From the NCBI GenBank assembly GCA_965153285.1, contig OZ229116.1: a DNA stretch of 64,000 nt. One strand, given 5' to 3'. The notes beneath the pieces were generated by a model. That model saw nothing but the letters and a program-made list of their open reading frames with translations, did not search any database and was not told the DNA's origin. Shown one piece after another: positions 12,647 to 25,774 of the stretch (positions within the stretch are counted from its first letter, which is position 1; each line of letters begins with the position of its first letter). This stretch comes from Podarcis tiliguerta (lineage: Eukaryota). The translations under genes were made by a program, and so were the position numbers.

Positions 12647-14758
12647 TGCATTTCCTGATTTCTTCCTTCTTTCAGTATAGTTTGCAAGACTCCCAGTACA
12701 CTTATGTGAGATAGTACCAATAACGTTCTTTTCAGCTGATTCTTGGGAAACTGAGAGCTTTCCTTTCTTGAGCAGCTTTTAAAAGAAAAGCTTTTCCTTT
12801 CTGCTCAGCTGATGTGTTAAAAGAGAGACTGCTCCAAGAGCCTCACAAATGCTGAGCCATGGCTGCTCCCACGTTGTCCAACAGTGACACTCTGAGTCCA
12901 CATGGGGAACTGTATTTGCCATTTCAATAATGGTACAATGTATATAATTTCTAATGTAAAGAACTGCTTTTAATTTACCCTTTACCAGTGTTTTCAAGTT
13001 GTACACCCCCAATGGATTGTTGATCAGACCTTATAATTGTTCACTCCATTAAGAACTCTTTTCAGAATGCAGGTCAATGAGACTAGAGTTCCAAACTTCT
13101 TTCTTCCATGTTTAATGTGCATTAAAAAAAATCTAAATAATATTAGGAAATTATCACAAGTGAATTTTTAATACGTATTCCTTTCAGAGGTTCAGCTTGT
13201 GATAATTTTAGGTTGACTCACATAGTGATTGTGTTTTCAGCCAGTACATTTAAACAAAATGTATTTGTGAACAGGAAAATAGGGATGGGCCTTAAACGTC
13301 AAACAATTTTGTGGGAATCCAAGCATCCTCCCAGCATACTTTGCATTGTCCAATTCACACATTAGTAGAACTACAGGATAGTCCTTCTAGGACATTGTCA
13401 GAAATGGTCACACAAACAACTTCCCCAAATTTCAGCAAGTTACCATGCATTGTTTTCCTTACGGGAACAAAAAACAAAACCCCCACATGCCTCATAAAAT
13501 GTCCCCCAAATGCATCAATTCTTGCCACTGTAGTGTGTTTACAACACCAACCATGACAGCATATTTTAAATAGAAAAATATAAGGCACATGTCACCAAAC
13601 AGCACTGGAATCAAAACAGCTTACAGTCATGTGACAGAGGAGTAAATAAACTTGCAGTCACATTTCCAGTGATGCACCCATTGTAGCAGTGTGGAACTAC
13701 CTAGAAGAACACACCTTCGGCTGAAGCTGTTTTCATTCATATTACAGGGAGAAGGCAACACACGACACCTTCTCTGGGGTTCAAAATTCTACCCCTACCT
13801 TACACTGGAAATCTCATTAAAGTAGAAAATACGCCCCCACACACAAAAAAACCCCATTTGTGTGTTGCTGCTGTAGTTCAATAGCGGGTGAAGGTTGCAA
13901 ATTACAAGGAGCATTATGCAACCAATCTTAGACTACAATTACTTGTAAATTTCTTCCCAGAGTCCCCTCACCATTGAATCTCCTCATTTTATCATGCTAA
14001 AATATACCAACAGCCAAAATAACTCAGCCAATAAAAGAGTTAAGTAAATTCATTATTACTTTTTAAAAAAAGAAATCTTGTAGCAATGAGAATCCCAGTA
14101 TCAGCTTACTGGTGGGCAGTTGGGTATGTAGTGGAAAGAGGTTATTGGTTGAAAGATGGGAATGAACACTTACTTGTCATAGGATACTTGGCTCTAGTTT
14201 TTATGGAGGCAGCATAACTAAACTTACCAGTAGCAAGGCAGGTGAGGGCTCACATTTATATACTTATTTACTGATACAGGTTTTTTAAAGAGTCTTAAAA
14301 ATATGAAATAAAAGCCAAATACTACATATTAAGTTAAAACAATTAAGAATGCATTAAATCCATCTCACAGGAACTCACATGCTGAAGCATTGTTCAAAGA
14401 GGGAGGAGATGAATACACCTCCACATGAAAATAGGATGATAGCCTAGCCTTCTCCCCATCTTCCATACATGATAGTTTTCAATTTGTAGGGAACTATGTT
14501 TTTTATAGATGTGCACAAGGTTTTGTGAGCCTCCACCAGCAGTCCAAAATAAGAGACAAGGACAGATCATCTGATGCATCAAGATGAAGATTTGATGAAA
14601 GAAGATACTTCACAGAAGGATCACATACCCAGTGATGACTAAAGGAAGGCGGGCTGAAAGGAACTGAAAGAAGACTGGCATAGTTCTGAATATAATGAGA
14701 AAGCAGAGACAGATGGGAAATATATTCTGATATTAACAAAACAAAAAATCATGTTAAT
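12647..14758. repeat. Duplicated spacer between a gamma-B promoter and a gamma-A 3' end (paralog 23262-25756; more diverged 35501-38076)
   Basis: Colinear matches such as gggtgaaggttgcaa at about 13886 and 24546 (ggtgaaggttccaag at 36962 and 9072). Confidence 0.85.
12876..12915 (-). promoter_or_regulatory. Pcdh CSE / CTCF site (CACT variant)
   Basis: Minus strand ATACAGTTCC-CCATGT-GGACTCAGAGTGTCACTGTTGGAC, upstream of ATG 12646. Confidence 0.75.
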
Positions 14759-14776
14759 CTAAAATTGTTTGCTCAC

Positions 14777-17179
14777 CTGGACTACGATTAAGCCTTCATT
14801 GTTCAAGTTTAAATCTTCACCAGGTAGGATTGGATCCTTTGCTTCACAAGCTTCTTTATTGCTCAGAGTATTGGAATAATTTGCCTTCCTAGAGTCTGTA
14901 GTGAGAGAAACCTCCTGGCAGTAGGAGTGCAGAAATGCTTGGACTCCATCGATCCCCACAAACTGTGAGATAGGAGCGCCACTGAAATTCACACTCCCTG
15001 ACTCAAGCAGCTGAGAATTTCTCCACCTGTGCAACTTGATGGCCAGTAACACAAGGAGGAAAGTGAAGAACAAGCAAGAGACAAAAGCCACTGCAAGGAC
15101 CAGGTAGAAGGTGAGGTCAGACGGAGGCTCTACAGGAGCTGAGATGCTGCTCAAGTCTGACAGGATTGCAGGGATGGTGTCAGCCAGCACCACAGTCAGA
15201 GTGGCTGAAGCAGAGAGAGGTGGCTGCCCATTGTCCTTCACTAAAACCACCAGGCTTTGCTTGAGGGCATCTTTCTCCAAAAAGAAGCGGGCCGTCCTGA
15301 TCTCTCCCGTGTGGAGCCCCAGAGTGAAGAGCCCTGGCTCGGTGGCCTTGATGAGCTGGTAGGAGAGCCAGGCATTCTGGCCAGAGTCCGCATCCACAGC
15401 CACCACCTTAGTGACCAGGTAGCCTGGCTCAGAGGAGCGAGGGGCCAGCTCTATCCCTGTGGAGCCGTCGGTGGGAGGGGAGGGGTACAGGATTTGGGGA
15501 GCATTGTCATTCTGGTCCAGGATGAAGAGAGTCACTGAGACGTTGGAGCTGAGTGGTGGAGAACCTCCATCCTGAGCCTTTACACAGAACCGAATGTCTC
15601 GAAACTCTTCATAATCAAAGGAGGTCAGAGCGTATATAACCCCCGTCTCAGAGTTAATGGAGAGGTAGGAGGAGAGGCGGGAGTCACTTCTTTGGTCATC
15701 AGTGATGGAATATGTTATTCTGGCATTTTCTTCCCAGTCAAGATCATTTGCTCTTAAGGAAGAGACCATGGCTCCTCTTTGGTTATTCTCAACAAAATAG
15801 AAAGTATAGTCTGTTTTTTCAAAGAGGGGTGGGTTGTCATTTGTATCTAAAACATGAAGTGTGATAACTGTCACTGCAGAAAGAGCGGGGACTCCATGGT
15901 CAGTAACAGTGACAGTAATATTGAAGATTGACACCTGTTCCCTGTCAAGGGCACCATCAGTCACCAAAGTGTAAAAGCTATCCATGGACTTCTTTAGCTG
16001 GAAAGGGAGGTTGCTAGGGATTGAACATGTGATTTCCCCATTGATTCCTGAATCTCGGTCTTGGACATTTAAAATGGCAATTACCGTTTGGGATGGTGAA
16101 CTTTCAAGTATGGTGTTGGTGGCAAAGGTAACTGATAATTCAGGTGCATTGTCATTCATATCCGTAACAGATATCACAACTTTTGATTTGTCACTCAGGC
16201 CTCCTCCATCTTTGGCTTGTATCTCAAATGCATATAAAGATGATTCCTCATAATCAAGATTCCCAATAAGGATGATTTCACCTGTTGTGGAATTTAACAG
16301 AAACATTTGGGAGTCTCTCTTTGTGATTTGTTGGAAAGAGTATTTAATGTCTCCATAGATTCCTTCATCCATATCAGTCGCTCTCGCTGTCAAAACTGTG
16401 GACCACTTGGGGATATTCTCACTGACACTCACTTCATAGAGAGGTTGGCTGAAAACTGGTGCATTGTCATTTGCATCAAGGACAGCGATGTGGATTTGTA
16501 ATGTGCCAGACCTGATAGGATCACCTCCATCAGTAGCTATGAGGAGCAGATCGTAAGCTGATTGTTCCTCTCTGTCCAGTGACTTTTCCAACACAAGTTC
16601 AGCAAGTCTGACACCATTTTCTTCTGTTTGCACATGCAAAGCAAAATGGCTACTGCCTGTGAGTTGATAGCTCTGCACGGAATTTATCCCCCAATCTGGA
16701 TCTTGAGCTTTGGGAAGAGAGATCTGGAATCCAGGTATAGATGCCTCACTGATTTCCAGCTCCTGTTCCCATAGAGGGAAGTGGGGAGCATTATCATTTA
16801 TATCTGTAATTTCCACTTCAATTCCATAAAGCTTCAATTTGCTTTCAAGAAGAACCTGAAACTTCAACATACATTTCTCTGCTTCTCCACAAATTTCCTC
16901 TCTATCTATTCTCTCAGATATCTGCAAATGGCCATTGTTGGCATTCAAAGAAAAGTACTGAATCATACCTACAGGAGAAACAATGCGGAGTCCATGGTCT
17001 GGGAGCTGCTTGCCATCCATTCCCAGGTCCTTTGCAACATTTCCCACGGAAGAGCCTTTGTGCATCTCTTCTGGAATGGAGTAGTGGATCTGCCCAGAAA
17101 TTGCCTTCCAAGAAAACATCATGAAAAGGCACTGGAAGATTCCCTTTCTGCAATTCCACAGCCTTTGAATTCCTTCCAT
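14777..17179 (-). CDS. PCDHGA: Protocadherin gamma-A-like variable exon (801 codons to the donor)
   Basis: ORF 14759..17179 has gamma-A signatures [31 protein letters not shown] and [26 protein letters not shown]. Donor CAG|GTGAGC at 14777|14776. Confidence 0.95.
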
Positions 17180-17367
17180 CCTTGCAGCAGGTTATAGACT
17201 CTTATGTTCTGGTTCAAATGATGCTGTATCCAACTCTTTTCTAAGGAAAATGCACTTCCATTTCTTCTTTACACTGACAAGCAGCTTGTTCCTTCAGATA
17301 TTTTGTGTTTGTGTTTAACGGAAACGCAACTTCAATTGGGCAGGATTTCACATTTCTCCTCTGTTCT

Positions 17368-17407
17368 GGTGAACAGTGACACCCAGAGGATCAAGCCCAA
17401 ACTGCAA
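17368..17407 (-). promoter_or_regulatory. Pcdh CSE / CTCF site (CACT variant)
   Basis: Same motif as 943-982, upstream of ATG 17179. Confidence 0.8.
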
Positions 17408-18929
17408 AAACCTCACTTTTGAAAATTAAATAAACACAATTTCACTGTACTACTGCTATTATATGCAGATATAGCTAGGATAACTTTACTCTTTTCCCTT
17501 AGAATTTACCCACTAAGGCTAAATAAGAGTGAGGACTTTTGTTTCTGTAATTGAAAAGCAGCAGGAAAGACAAGTGTGTTCAGGGTTCCTGCCCTACCCC
17601 ATTACTGGAAATTCTGGAATAAATGTTATGGATCTTTCTCAGCAATGTTTTCTGCTCGCTTTTCTAAGGGAATATTCAATAGATTTTTTTCTTGATGGAG
17701 AAACAACACTAGTAAACCACCAGTACATCCTTACTACCTCTGGCACTTCACTCCTCTCCTTAATTTATTGCTCACATTGTGCCTAGAAGAAAATAAAGCG
17801 AAGACGAATGCAATTAAAGCCAATTATTATTACTACACCACTTCACATTACAGAGATAAGAAGCAGGAAGAGATTGGTGGCACATGCAATGGGGTGGAGT
17901 TGTGGAGCCACCCTCAAACACTAGTGTTGTTGCTGGGGCTTACCTGGTCAGGGCTGGGCTGACACAACTGTGTGGTTGGGGCTGTGCAGGTGCACCAGCA
18001 GCCGTGCTAGATGTTCCCACAGTTAAATGCACATGACTCCAGCCTCACTGCTGCCCCATCCAGGTAGGCAACAGTGTAAGGGGGTGGGGGTGGGGTGAAT
18101 TCACCAGCTGTCCATCACCATGCATGTCACTACTGCAGGTGGGTAACTTTCAATGTCAGCTTATGAGCTTATGTGCGACAATCAGTTGTCAAGCTCAGAA
18201 GAAACATCATTAAAAACTAGCATGTGATGACCTGTTAAACAGTAGAGGTAGATGGTTTTCAGTCATCTTTCTTGGAGACCCTGATGCTCTTCTGCTTCTT
18301 GTTGCACAAAATCAGCAGGACTACTAAAACTGCTATACTGAATTTGCTGAATGCTTTCCCCCAGAAGACAGAAAATCAAGCATCTGATCCACTAAGCAAT
18401 GCCATAAAAGTTTCTTTCAAAATTAGTCTTCATCTCTCACTACAGAATATGCACTGGCAACAAACTTTTTGACACATTAGGCATGATCCAGCATTAATGT
18501 ATATGAAGCAGCAAATACAGGGGTGTGCAGCTGTATGTCCTGGCCAGATTGCCTTTCCATGGGAAAGCATTCCCAGCCAAAGAGGTGAGAGGGCATCTAA
18601 CATTGTTATGACTCAATAGTCATTTGTCACCTATGTTACTACAGCATGGAAGCATGACTGGCGATGGCATAGGTAGAAATACTAACCACATGCACACTCA
18701 TACATACAGTTCGCCACAACTGTTCCAACTGGTCATAATTTCTAATCATACATTGCAAATGCTCTTAGCTGTTCTGACTGTTAAGCAAAGGGGGAAGGAG
18801 ATTTTGGGTTCATGATGCAGACATATTTGGGTCTGCATATAGGTCAGTACAGGGACCACTGTTTTTCCCTATTGCTCATTGCCTGTGTTTTGTCTTTCTA
18901 GTATATGTTTTTGGAGGTGGGGAATTTTT

Positions 18930-19315
18930 AAATTTATTTAAAATAATTATATAGTCCCTGTCCCACACTCAAAGAATATCTAGGTTATGTATAATATCAC
19001 ATATAAGCACCAGTTCAATGCAATAAAATGCATAATAAAGTACAGTATATAATACTGTTGTCAGCAACTTAGTGGAGTTGAACACCGATGGCCAGCAAAT
19101 ACTTGGTCACATAGATACGTCTTTAAATGTTGATGAAAACACTGCACTGTACATAATATTGAATTCAAAAGGGCAGACTGTTCCGTCACAGAGAATGCCA
19201 TTCTCATGGTTGCCAGAACATGTACTGATGCAGGTAATGAGACCACCAGGAATGTTCCCACTGAAGATCTTGGTGAACAGATGAAATGATATGAGAACAA
19301 TCATTATCTTGAACA
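18930..19315 (-). mobile_element. Old L2 LINE 3' relic (paralog about 30955-31340)
   Basis: Minus translation RMAFSVTEQSALLNS...FHQHLKTYLCDQVF resembles the L2 ORF2 C-terminus RAFSVAAP.LWNSLP...F...LKTYLF. Confidence 0.55.
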
Positions 19316-19317
19316 AT

Positions 19318-19450
19318 CTCTCCTTCCTTGGAGGTTTTTTTAGCAGAGGTTGTATGGCCATCTGCCATGGATGCTCTAGCTGAGATTCCTGCATTGCAGG
19401 TGGCTGGACCAGATGACCCTTGGGTCCCTTGCAACTCTATGATTCCATGA
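19318..19450 (+). mobile_element. CR1 LINE 3' end fragment (paralogous copy, 5' side deleted)
   Basis: Same sequence as about 3465-3596. Confidence 0.7.
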
Positions 19451-20466
19451 GAGACAGACTACTTGCTCCACTCATTGATCACATACAGGCTGTGCATGAG
19501 CTCTTTTCATTCTGCAACCAGCATGCAGTCACAGGACCTGAGGAGTGTTTTACAACTGACAGCTTCCATCAATGCTTCACCATATCATACACTGTGCTTT
19601 TCCAATCAGACCCAACTGTGTATGAGTTTTAATTTTGTTTTAATCTATTCTGTTGTGATTTAAACTTTCTGTGTGCTTTAAATTATGGTTGTCATTTTTA
19701 AATATTATTTTATTCATTTTTAATAATATAACAGTTTGACAGTGTAGAACGTTTATATACTCTCAATCTGAAAAATACAAAACCACAGATCTCCATTGTT
19801 CGTTTAAAACTTTCTTGTCTCAAACCACAAAATAGGCATTTTGTTCTGCCTTCAACCCTTTAATGTTCAATTTCCCTTCCCTTCTTCTTGAAGCCAAAAG
19901 CAGCTCACACACTGAATGTAAATTATCACCAGCTGATGGACAAATCTCCCTCAGTTATAAATTATAACTGTCCCAAAAATAAGAAAGGGAGGCTTTTGCA
20001 GATCCCATACCCATCACAGCTCTTTCATGGCTTTAGGGCAAGATGTAAATTCCTCAGCTCTCAAGTCGCTTAACCCCCATCCGAGTTCCTAGGAGCTGAC
20101 TGCTTCTTGGTCTCTTGACAATACAAAACAGCTTTTTCAAAGCACCAGGGATTAATCTCTTGTTCACTCTTTTTTCCAAAATGAATATGGGAACCAAGAC
20201 TTATGTCTGGCTATCATCAATCACCGTGTAATTATCTCTGTTGGCAGACCGCCAACAAAAGATGTTCAACCTGCTATTTCCTTCCCCACAACACATAAAA
20301 AACTTCCCACAAACTCTCTAATATTTAGTTTAACAATAAGGAGAAGTTGGCCAATAAATAGAAAATTTTCAAACTTCTTGAAGAATATACAATGTAATAT
20401 ATTTTTACGTCTGTTTTTTAAGACAGAACATTAAAATAGCTACATATTCAATTTTAGTCATACTAC

Positions 20467-20506
20467 GAAGGAAGGAAGGAAGGAAGGAAGGAAGGAAGGA
20501 AGGAAG
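20467..20506. repeat. (GAAG)10 microsatellite
   Basis: Direct reading. Paralogous position to 4627. Confidence 0.95.
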
Positions 20507-20831
20507 AATAAGCACTGTCTCCACTCAAACATGCTATGCCATCCTCTGGTCCGAGATTCTAACCCTAAGTCAGCATGCAAATGTGCATCTACATAATTTT
20601 AACTGAGGCTGCCCCCAACTTGCAATTTTGCCCTTCAACAACTGCTAGAACGCCCATTCCATTAGCTTGATCTGCAGCAGTAGCAGCTAAGTACTACCCC
20701 CTACCTACATCCCTGGTGACATGGCATGAATTGTCTGGAGTGCCAGTTTGATAACATCCACTGTTTACAAATAAACTCTCAAACAAGTGACAACACCAAA
20801 TTCCCTATAAGGAACATGAAATATAACTCAC

Positions 20832-23261
20832 CGTGCTGTCATTTTCCTTTTCAGAAATTAAATTGCCTCCACTGACCATCAAAGAAATGTCAGAGTTGCC
20901 ATTGCAAAGGATGTTCTCTGCTATTTGGACTGTGGGCTGCAGGAATGTCAACTCATTCCTCCTGGATTCAGAGGACAGACAGACCTGGTAGGAATAAGGC
21001 AAAGTTCCGTCCTCATAATTGGGTGGGAATATGGCACCAGCCTTTGAATGGGGATCAGGAATAAAGCACTGAAGGAAAGTGGGGTTTCTTGACCTTCGAA
21101 GCTTCATCAGAATGGTCAGAATCACCGTCACCAGGAACAGGAAGGACACCAAGGTCAAGGCCAATACCAAATAAAACTGTAGATCAGACTGATACTCTGA
21201 GTCATTTGGTTGGGAGTTCATTTCTGGAAGAGCCTCCTGGAAGTTCTCAGCAAACACCAGGCTCAAAGTCGTGGTGGCTGAGAGAGGAGGATGCCCATTG
21301 TCCTTCACCAGGATGACCAGCCTCTGCTTCACTGCATCTCTCTCAAGTAATGCTCGGACTGTTTGCACCTCTCCTGTGTGGGAGCCAATGCTGAAGAGTG
21401 AGGGCTCTGTGGCCTGCAGGAGATGGAAGGAGAGCCAGGCATTGTGTCCCGAATCAGAGTCCACAGCCACCACCTTCGTCACCAGATAACCCGACTCAGC
21501 TGACCGAGGCACCATTTCAAAGAAAGGTGAGCCCTCAGTTGATTGTGAGGGGTACAGGATCTGCGGAGCGTTATCATTTCGATCTAAAACACATACTGTC
21601 ACTGTGGCACTGCTGTTAAGTGGTGGAGAACCTCCATCTTGGGCCTTCACTTGAATCTGAAACTCCCTGAAATGCTCATAGTCAAAGGAGCGTTGGGCGT
21701 AGATGATCCCAGTCTCAGAGTTAATGGAGACATAGGAGGAAAGAGGCAAGTCCTTGATGTTGCTCTTAAGGATGGAGTAAGAGATTCTGGCATTGTGATC
21801 CAGATCTGGGTCAGAGGCCTTGACGTGGAAAATTGAAGCTCCAGATGGGTTGTTCTCTGGAACGTAGGCAGTGTAGGATGATTTTTCAAAGGCTGGTGGG
21901 TTATCATTGATATCTGAGATCTGTATTGATATGGTTTTGTGTGTGGAGAGTGGAGGTGTGCCTTTGTCTGTGGCTATGATTGTAATATTATACTCGGGAG
22001 TCCTTTCTCTGTCAAGGGCACCATCTATGAGAAGCTTGAAATAATTATCTGAAGATGAGACTATCAGGAAAGGTACAAGTTCCTTCAGGTGACAGGTGAC
22101 TTCTCCATTATCCCCAGAATCCCTGTCCTGAACTTTAATGAGAGCAATCACAGCTCCAGATGTGACATCTTCTGGAACTGGGCTGGACACGGATGTAAGG
22201 ATCACATCTGGAGCATTGTCGTTCTCATCAAGAACCTCAATCTCCACATTGCAATGTGCCGCCAATCCTCCTCCATCACTTGCCTGAATTATCATCACAT
22301 AATATTGACTTTCTTCAAAATCAACACTTTCTATGAGTGTAACTGTTCCGTCTCTGGGATCCAGATGAAACTTCTGCTTGGCTGTTTTCGGGATGTCACT
22401 GAAAGTATAAGTGATCTCAGCATTTGACCCTTCATCACTGTCAGATGCTTTGACTTGAAGCACAGAGGTTCCTTTGGGTGCACTCTCCTTCAGGCTCACT
22501 TTATAGATTGCCTGGGTGAAAACAGGGACATTGTCATTAATATCAATAACTGTTACCAATATTTTGGCTGTTCCGGTTTTTGGAGGTTCTCCACCATCCA
22601 TGGCTATAAGGACCATGTGATGCATCTGTTCTTTTTCCCTGTCCAGTTGTTTCTGCAATATTAACTCTGCATATTTGCCACCATCATTGCCAGCTTTCAT
22701 TTCTAGTTTGAAATATGGAGTTGAGCTCAGCTGATAATTCTGGAGGGAGTTCATTCCGATATCATCATCTTCAGCATTTCCAAGAGCAAATCGAGTTCCT
22801 GGCAGAGTAGATTCACTAAATTTAAGCTCAATATTTTCATTCTGAAAATGTGGAGCATTATCATTGATGTCCTGGATAAAAATATTTACATGGAAAATAT
22901 TCAAAGGATTGTGTGCCACAACTTCTAATTTGAGGACACAAGTAGTTGATTTACCACAAATCTCTTCCCGGTCTATTCTCTCATTCACATACAGGTTGCC
23001 ATTTTGTTCATTCAGATCAAAGAATTGCTTTTCTGATGAAATACCAAGCTTGCGCTTTGACAGCTGTCTGACATCCAACCCCAGATCTTTAACAAGGTTC
23101 CCCACAAAGGAGCCCTGCTCTGCTTCCTCTGGAACTGAATACTGAACCTTCTCAGACCCCACCTGGCAGAAGAACACAGACCAGAATATGAACAGAAACA
23201 GTACTTGCCTCTTGGTGATCTTCCTTGTTCTCTCTGCCTGCTTTACTTCCATTACATCCAT
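20832..23261 (-). CDS. PCDHGB: Protocadherin gamma-B-like variable exon
   Basis: ORF 20805..23261. Donor ACG|GTGAGT at 20832|20831. Confidence 0.95.
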
Positions 23262-23496
23262 TGCATTTCCTGATTTCTTCCTTCTTTCAGTATAGTTTGC
23301 AAGACTCCCAGCACACTAATGTGAGATAGTACCAATACCGTTCTTTTGAGCTGATTCTTGGGAAACTGAGAGCTTTCCTTTCTTGAGCAGCTTTTAAAAT
23401 AAAAGCTTTTCCTTTCTGCTCAGCTGAAGTGTTAAGAGAGAGAGAGAGATTGCTCCAAGAGTCTCAGAAATGCTGAGCCATGGCTGCTCCCACGTT

Positions 23497-23536
23497 GTCC
23501 AACAGTGACACTCTGAGTCCACATGGGGAACTGTAT
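23497..23536 (-). promoter_or_regulatory. Pcdh CSE / CTCF site (CACT variant)
   Basis: GGACTCAGAGTGTCACTGTTGGAC upstream of ATG 23261. Confidence 0.75.
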
Positions 23537-25263
23537 TTGCCATTTCAATAATGGTACATAGTATATAATTTCTAATGTAGAGAACTGCTTTTCATTTACC
23601 CTTTACCATTGTTTTCAAGTTGTACCCCCCCCAATGGATTATTGATCAGACCTTATAGTTATTCATTCCATTAAGAACTCTTTTCAGTATGCAGTCAATG
23701 AGACCAGAGTTCCAAATTTCTTTCTTCCATGTTTAATGTGCATTAAAAAAATCTAAACAATATTAAGAAATTATCACAAGTGAATTTTTAATACGTATTC
23801 CCATCAGAGGTTCAGCTTGTGATAATTTTAGGTTGACCCACACAGTGATGTCTGCATTTCATTAATGTTATCAAGAGGATTTGCCACTTGTATTTACAAT
23901 AAGGAAAAGCAACCTTTTTTAGCACTATTTTTGTCTGGTGTTCAAATACTGTAATCCCTAAATAAGTCCCACTTTCGCTTAAATATCAAACAATTTTGTG
24001 GCAATCCAAGCATCCTCCCAGCATACTTTGCATTGTCCAATTCACACATTAGTAGAACTTCAGGATAGTCCTTCAAGGACATTGCCAGATATAGTCACCC
24101 AAACAACTCCCCCAAATTTCAGCACGGTACCATTCATTGTTTCCTTACAGGAACAAAAAAACCCCACATGCCTCATAAACTGCATCAATTTTTGCAATTG
24201 TAGGGTGTTTACAACTCCAGCAATGATAGCATTTTTTTAAAATAGAAAAATGCCAGCAAAATTTCACCAAAGAGCTCTGGAATCAAACCAGCTTACAGTT
24301 ACATTACAAAGGAGTAAATAAACTTGCACTCACATTTCCATTGATGTACCCATTGTAGGAATGTGGAACTACCTAGAAGAATACACCGTCCGCTGAAGCT
24401 GTTTTCATTCATTTTACAGAGAAGGCAACACATGACACCTTATCTGGGGTTCAAAATTCTACCTCTACCTTACACTAGAAATCTCAATAGAGTAGAAAAC
24501 ACAACCCCCCAAACCATTTGTTTGTTGCTTCTGTAGTTCAATAGCGGGTGAAGGTTGCAAGTTACAAAGGAGCATTATGCAACCAAACTTACAATACAAT
24601 TGCTTGTAAATATATTTCCAGAGTCCCCTCACCATTGAATCTTCTCATTTTATCATACTAAAATATACAAACAGCCAAAATATCTCAGCCAATAAAAGAA
24701 TTAAGTAAATTCATTATTACTCTTCTTAAAAAAAGAAGTCTTGTAGCAATGAGAATCTCAGTATCAGCTTATTGGTGGGCAGCTGGGTATGTAGTGGATA
24801 GAAGTTATTGGTTGAAAGATGGGAATGAGAACTTGTCATAGGATACTAGGCCCTAGTTTTCATTGAGGCGGCATGACTAAAACTTATCAGTACCAAGGCA
24901 GGTGAGGGCTCACATTTATATACTTATTTATTGATAGAGGTTTTTTAAACCACCCACTATTTGGAAGTGTAATAAAAATATGAAATAAAAGCCAAATACA
25001 ACACACAAAGCTAAAACAATTTAGAATCAATCTCACAGGAACTCACCTACTGCACATGAAAATAGGATGAGCCTAGCCTTCTCCCTATCTCCTTTACATG
25101 ATAGTTTCAATATGTAGTGAACTATGTGTTTTTATAGATGTGCACAAGGTTTTGTGAGCCTCCACCAGCAGTCCAAAGTAAGAGACAAAGACAGATCATC
25201 TGATGCATCAAGATGAAGATTTGTTGAAAGAAGATACTTCACAGAAGGATCACATATAAAGTA

Positions 25264-25629
25264 CAGTGGTGCCCCGCAAGACGAAATTAATTCGTTCCAC
25301 GAGTCTCTTCGTCTAGCGGTTTTTTCATCTTGCGAAGCAACCCTATTAGCGGCTTAGCGGATTAGCGCTATTAGCGGTTTAGCACCTATTAGTGGCTATT
25401 AGCGGCTTAAGGGATTAGCGGATTAGCTGCTAAAAGGCTATTAGCGGTTTAGCAGCTTAGAAAAAGGGGGTGGGGAGCGAAAAAAAATCTCAAAACTCGC
25501 AAGACATTTTCGTCTTGCGAAGCAAGCCGATAGGGAAATTCGTCCTGCGAAGCGCATTGAAAAACGGAAAACCCTTTCGTCTAGCGGGTTTTCCGTCTTG
25601 CGAGGCATTCGTCTTGCGGGGCACCACTG
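25264..25629. mobile_element. Tc1/mariner (Tigger-like) MITE, young
   Basis: Perfect 22-bp TIR CAGTGGTGCCCCGCAAGACGAA. TA duplication at 25262-3 and 25630-1. Absent at the paralogous sites near 14632 and 37943. Confidence 0.92.
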
Positions 25630-25774
25630 TAATAACTAAAAGAAGGGGGAGCTGAAAGTAATAGAAAGAAGACTGACATAGTTCTGAATACAATGAGAAA
25701 GCAGAGGCAGACGGGAAATATAGTCTGATATTAACAAAACAAAAAATCATGTTAATCTAAAATTGTTTGCTCAC

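Noticed and set aside
25345-25460. Telomere-like or CRISPR-like short repeat array (TTAGCG)
   Set aside because: It is an irregular internal repeat of the MITE. It is not TTAGGG and has no repeat-spacer structure.
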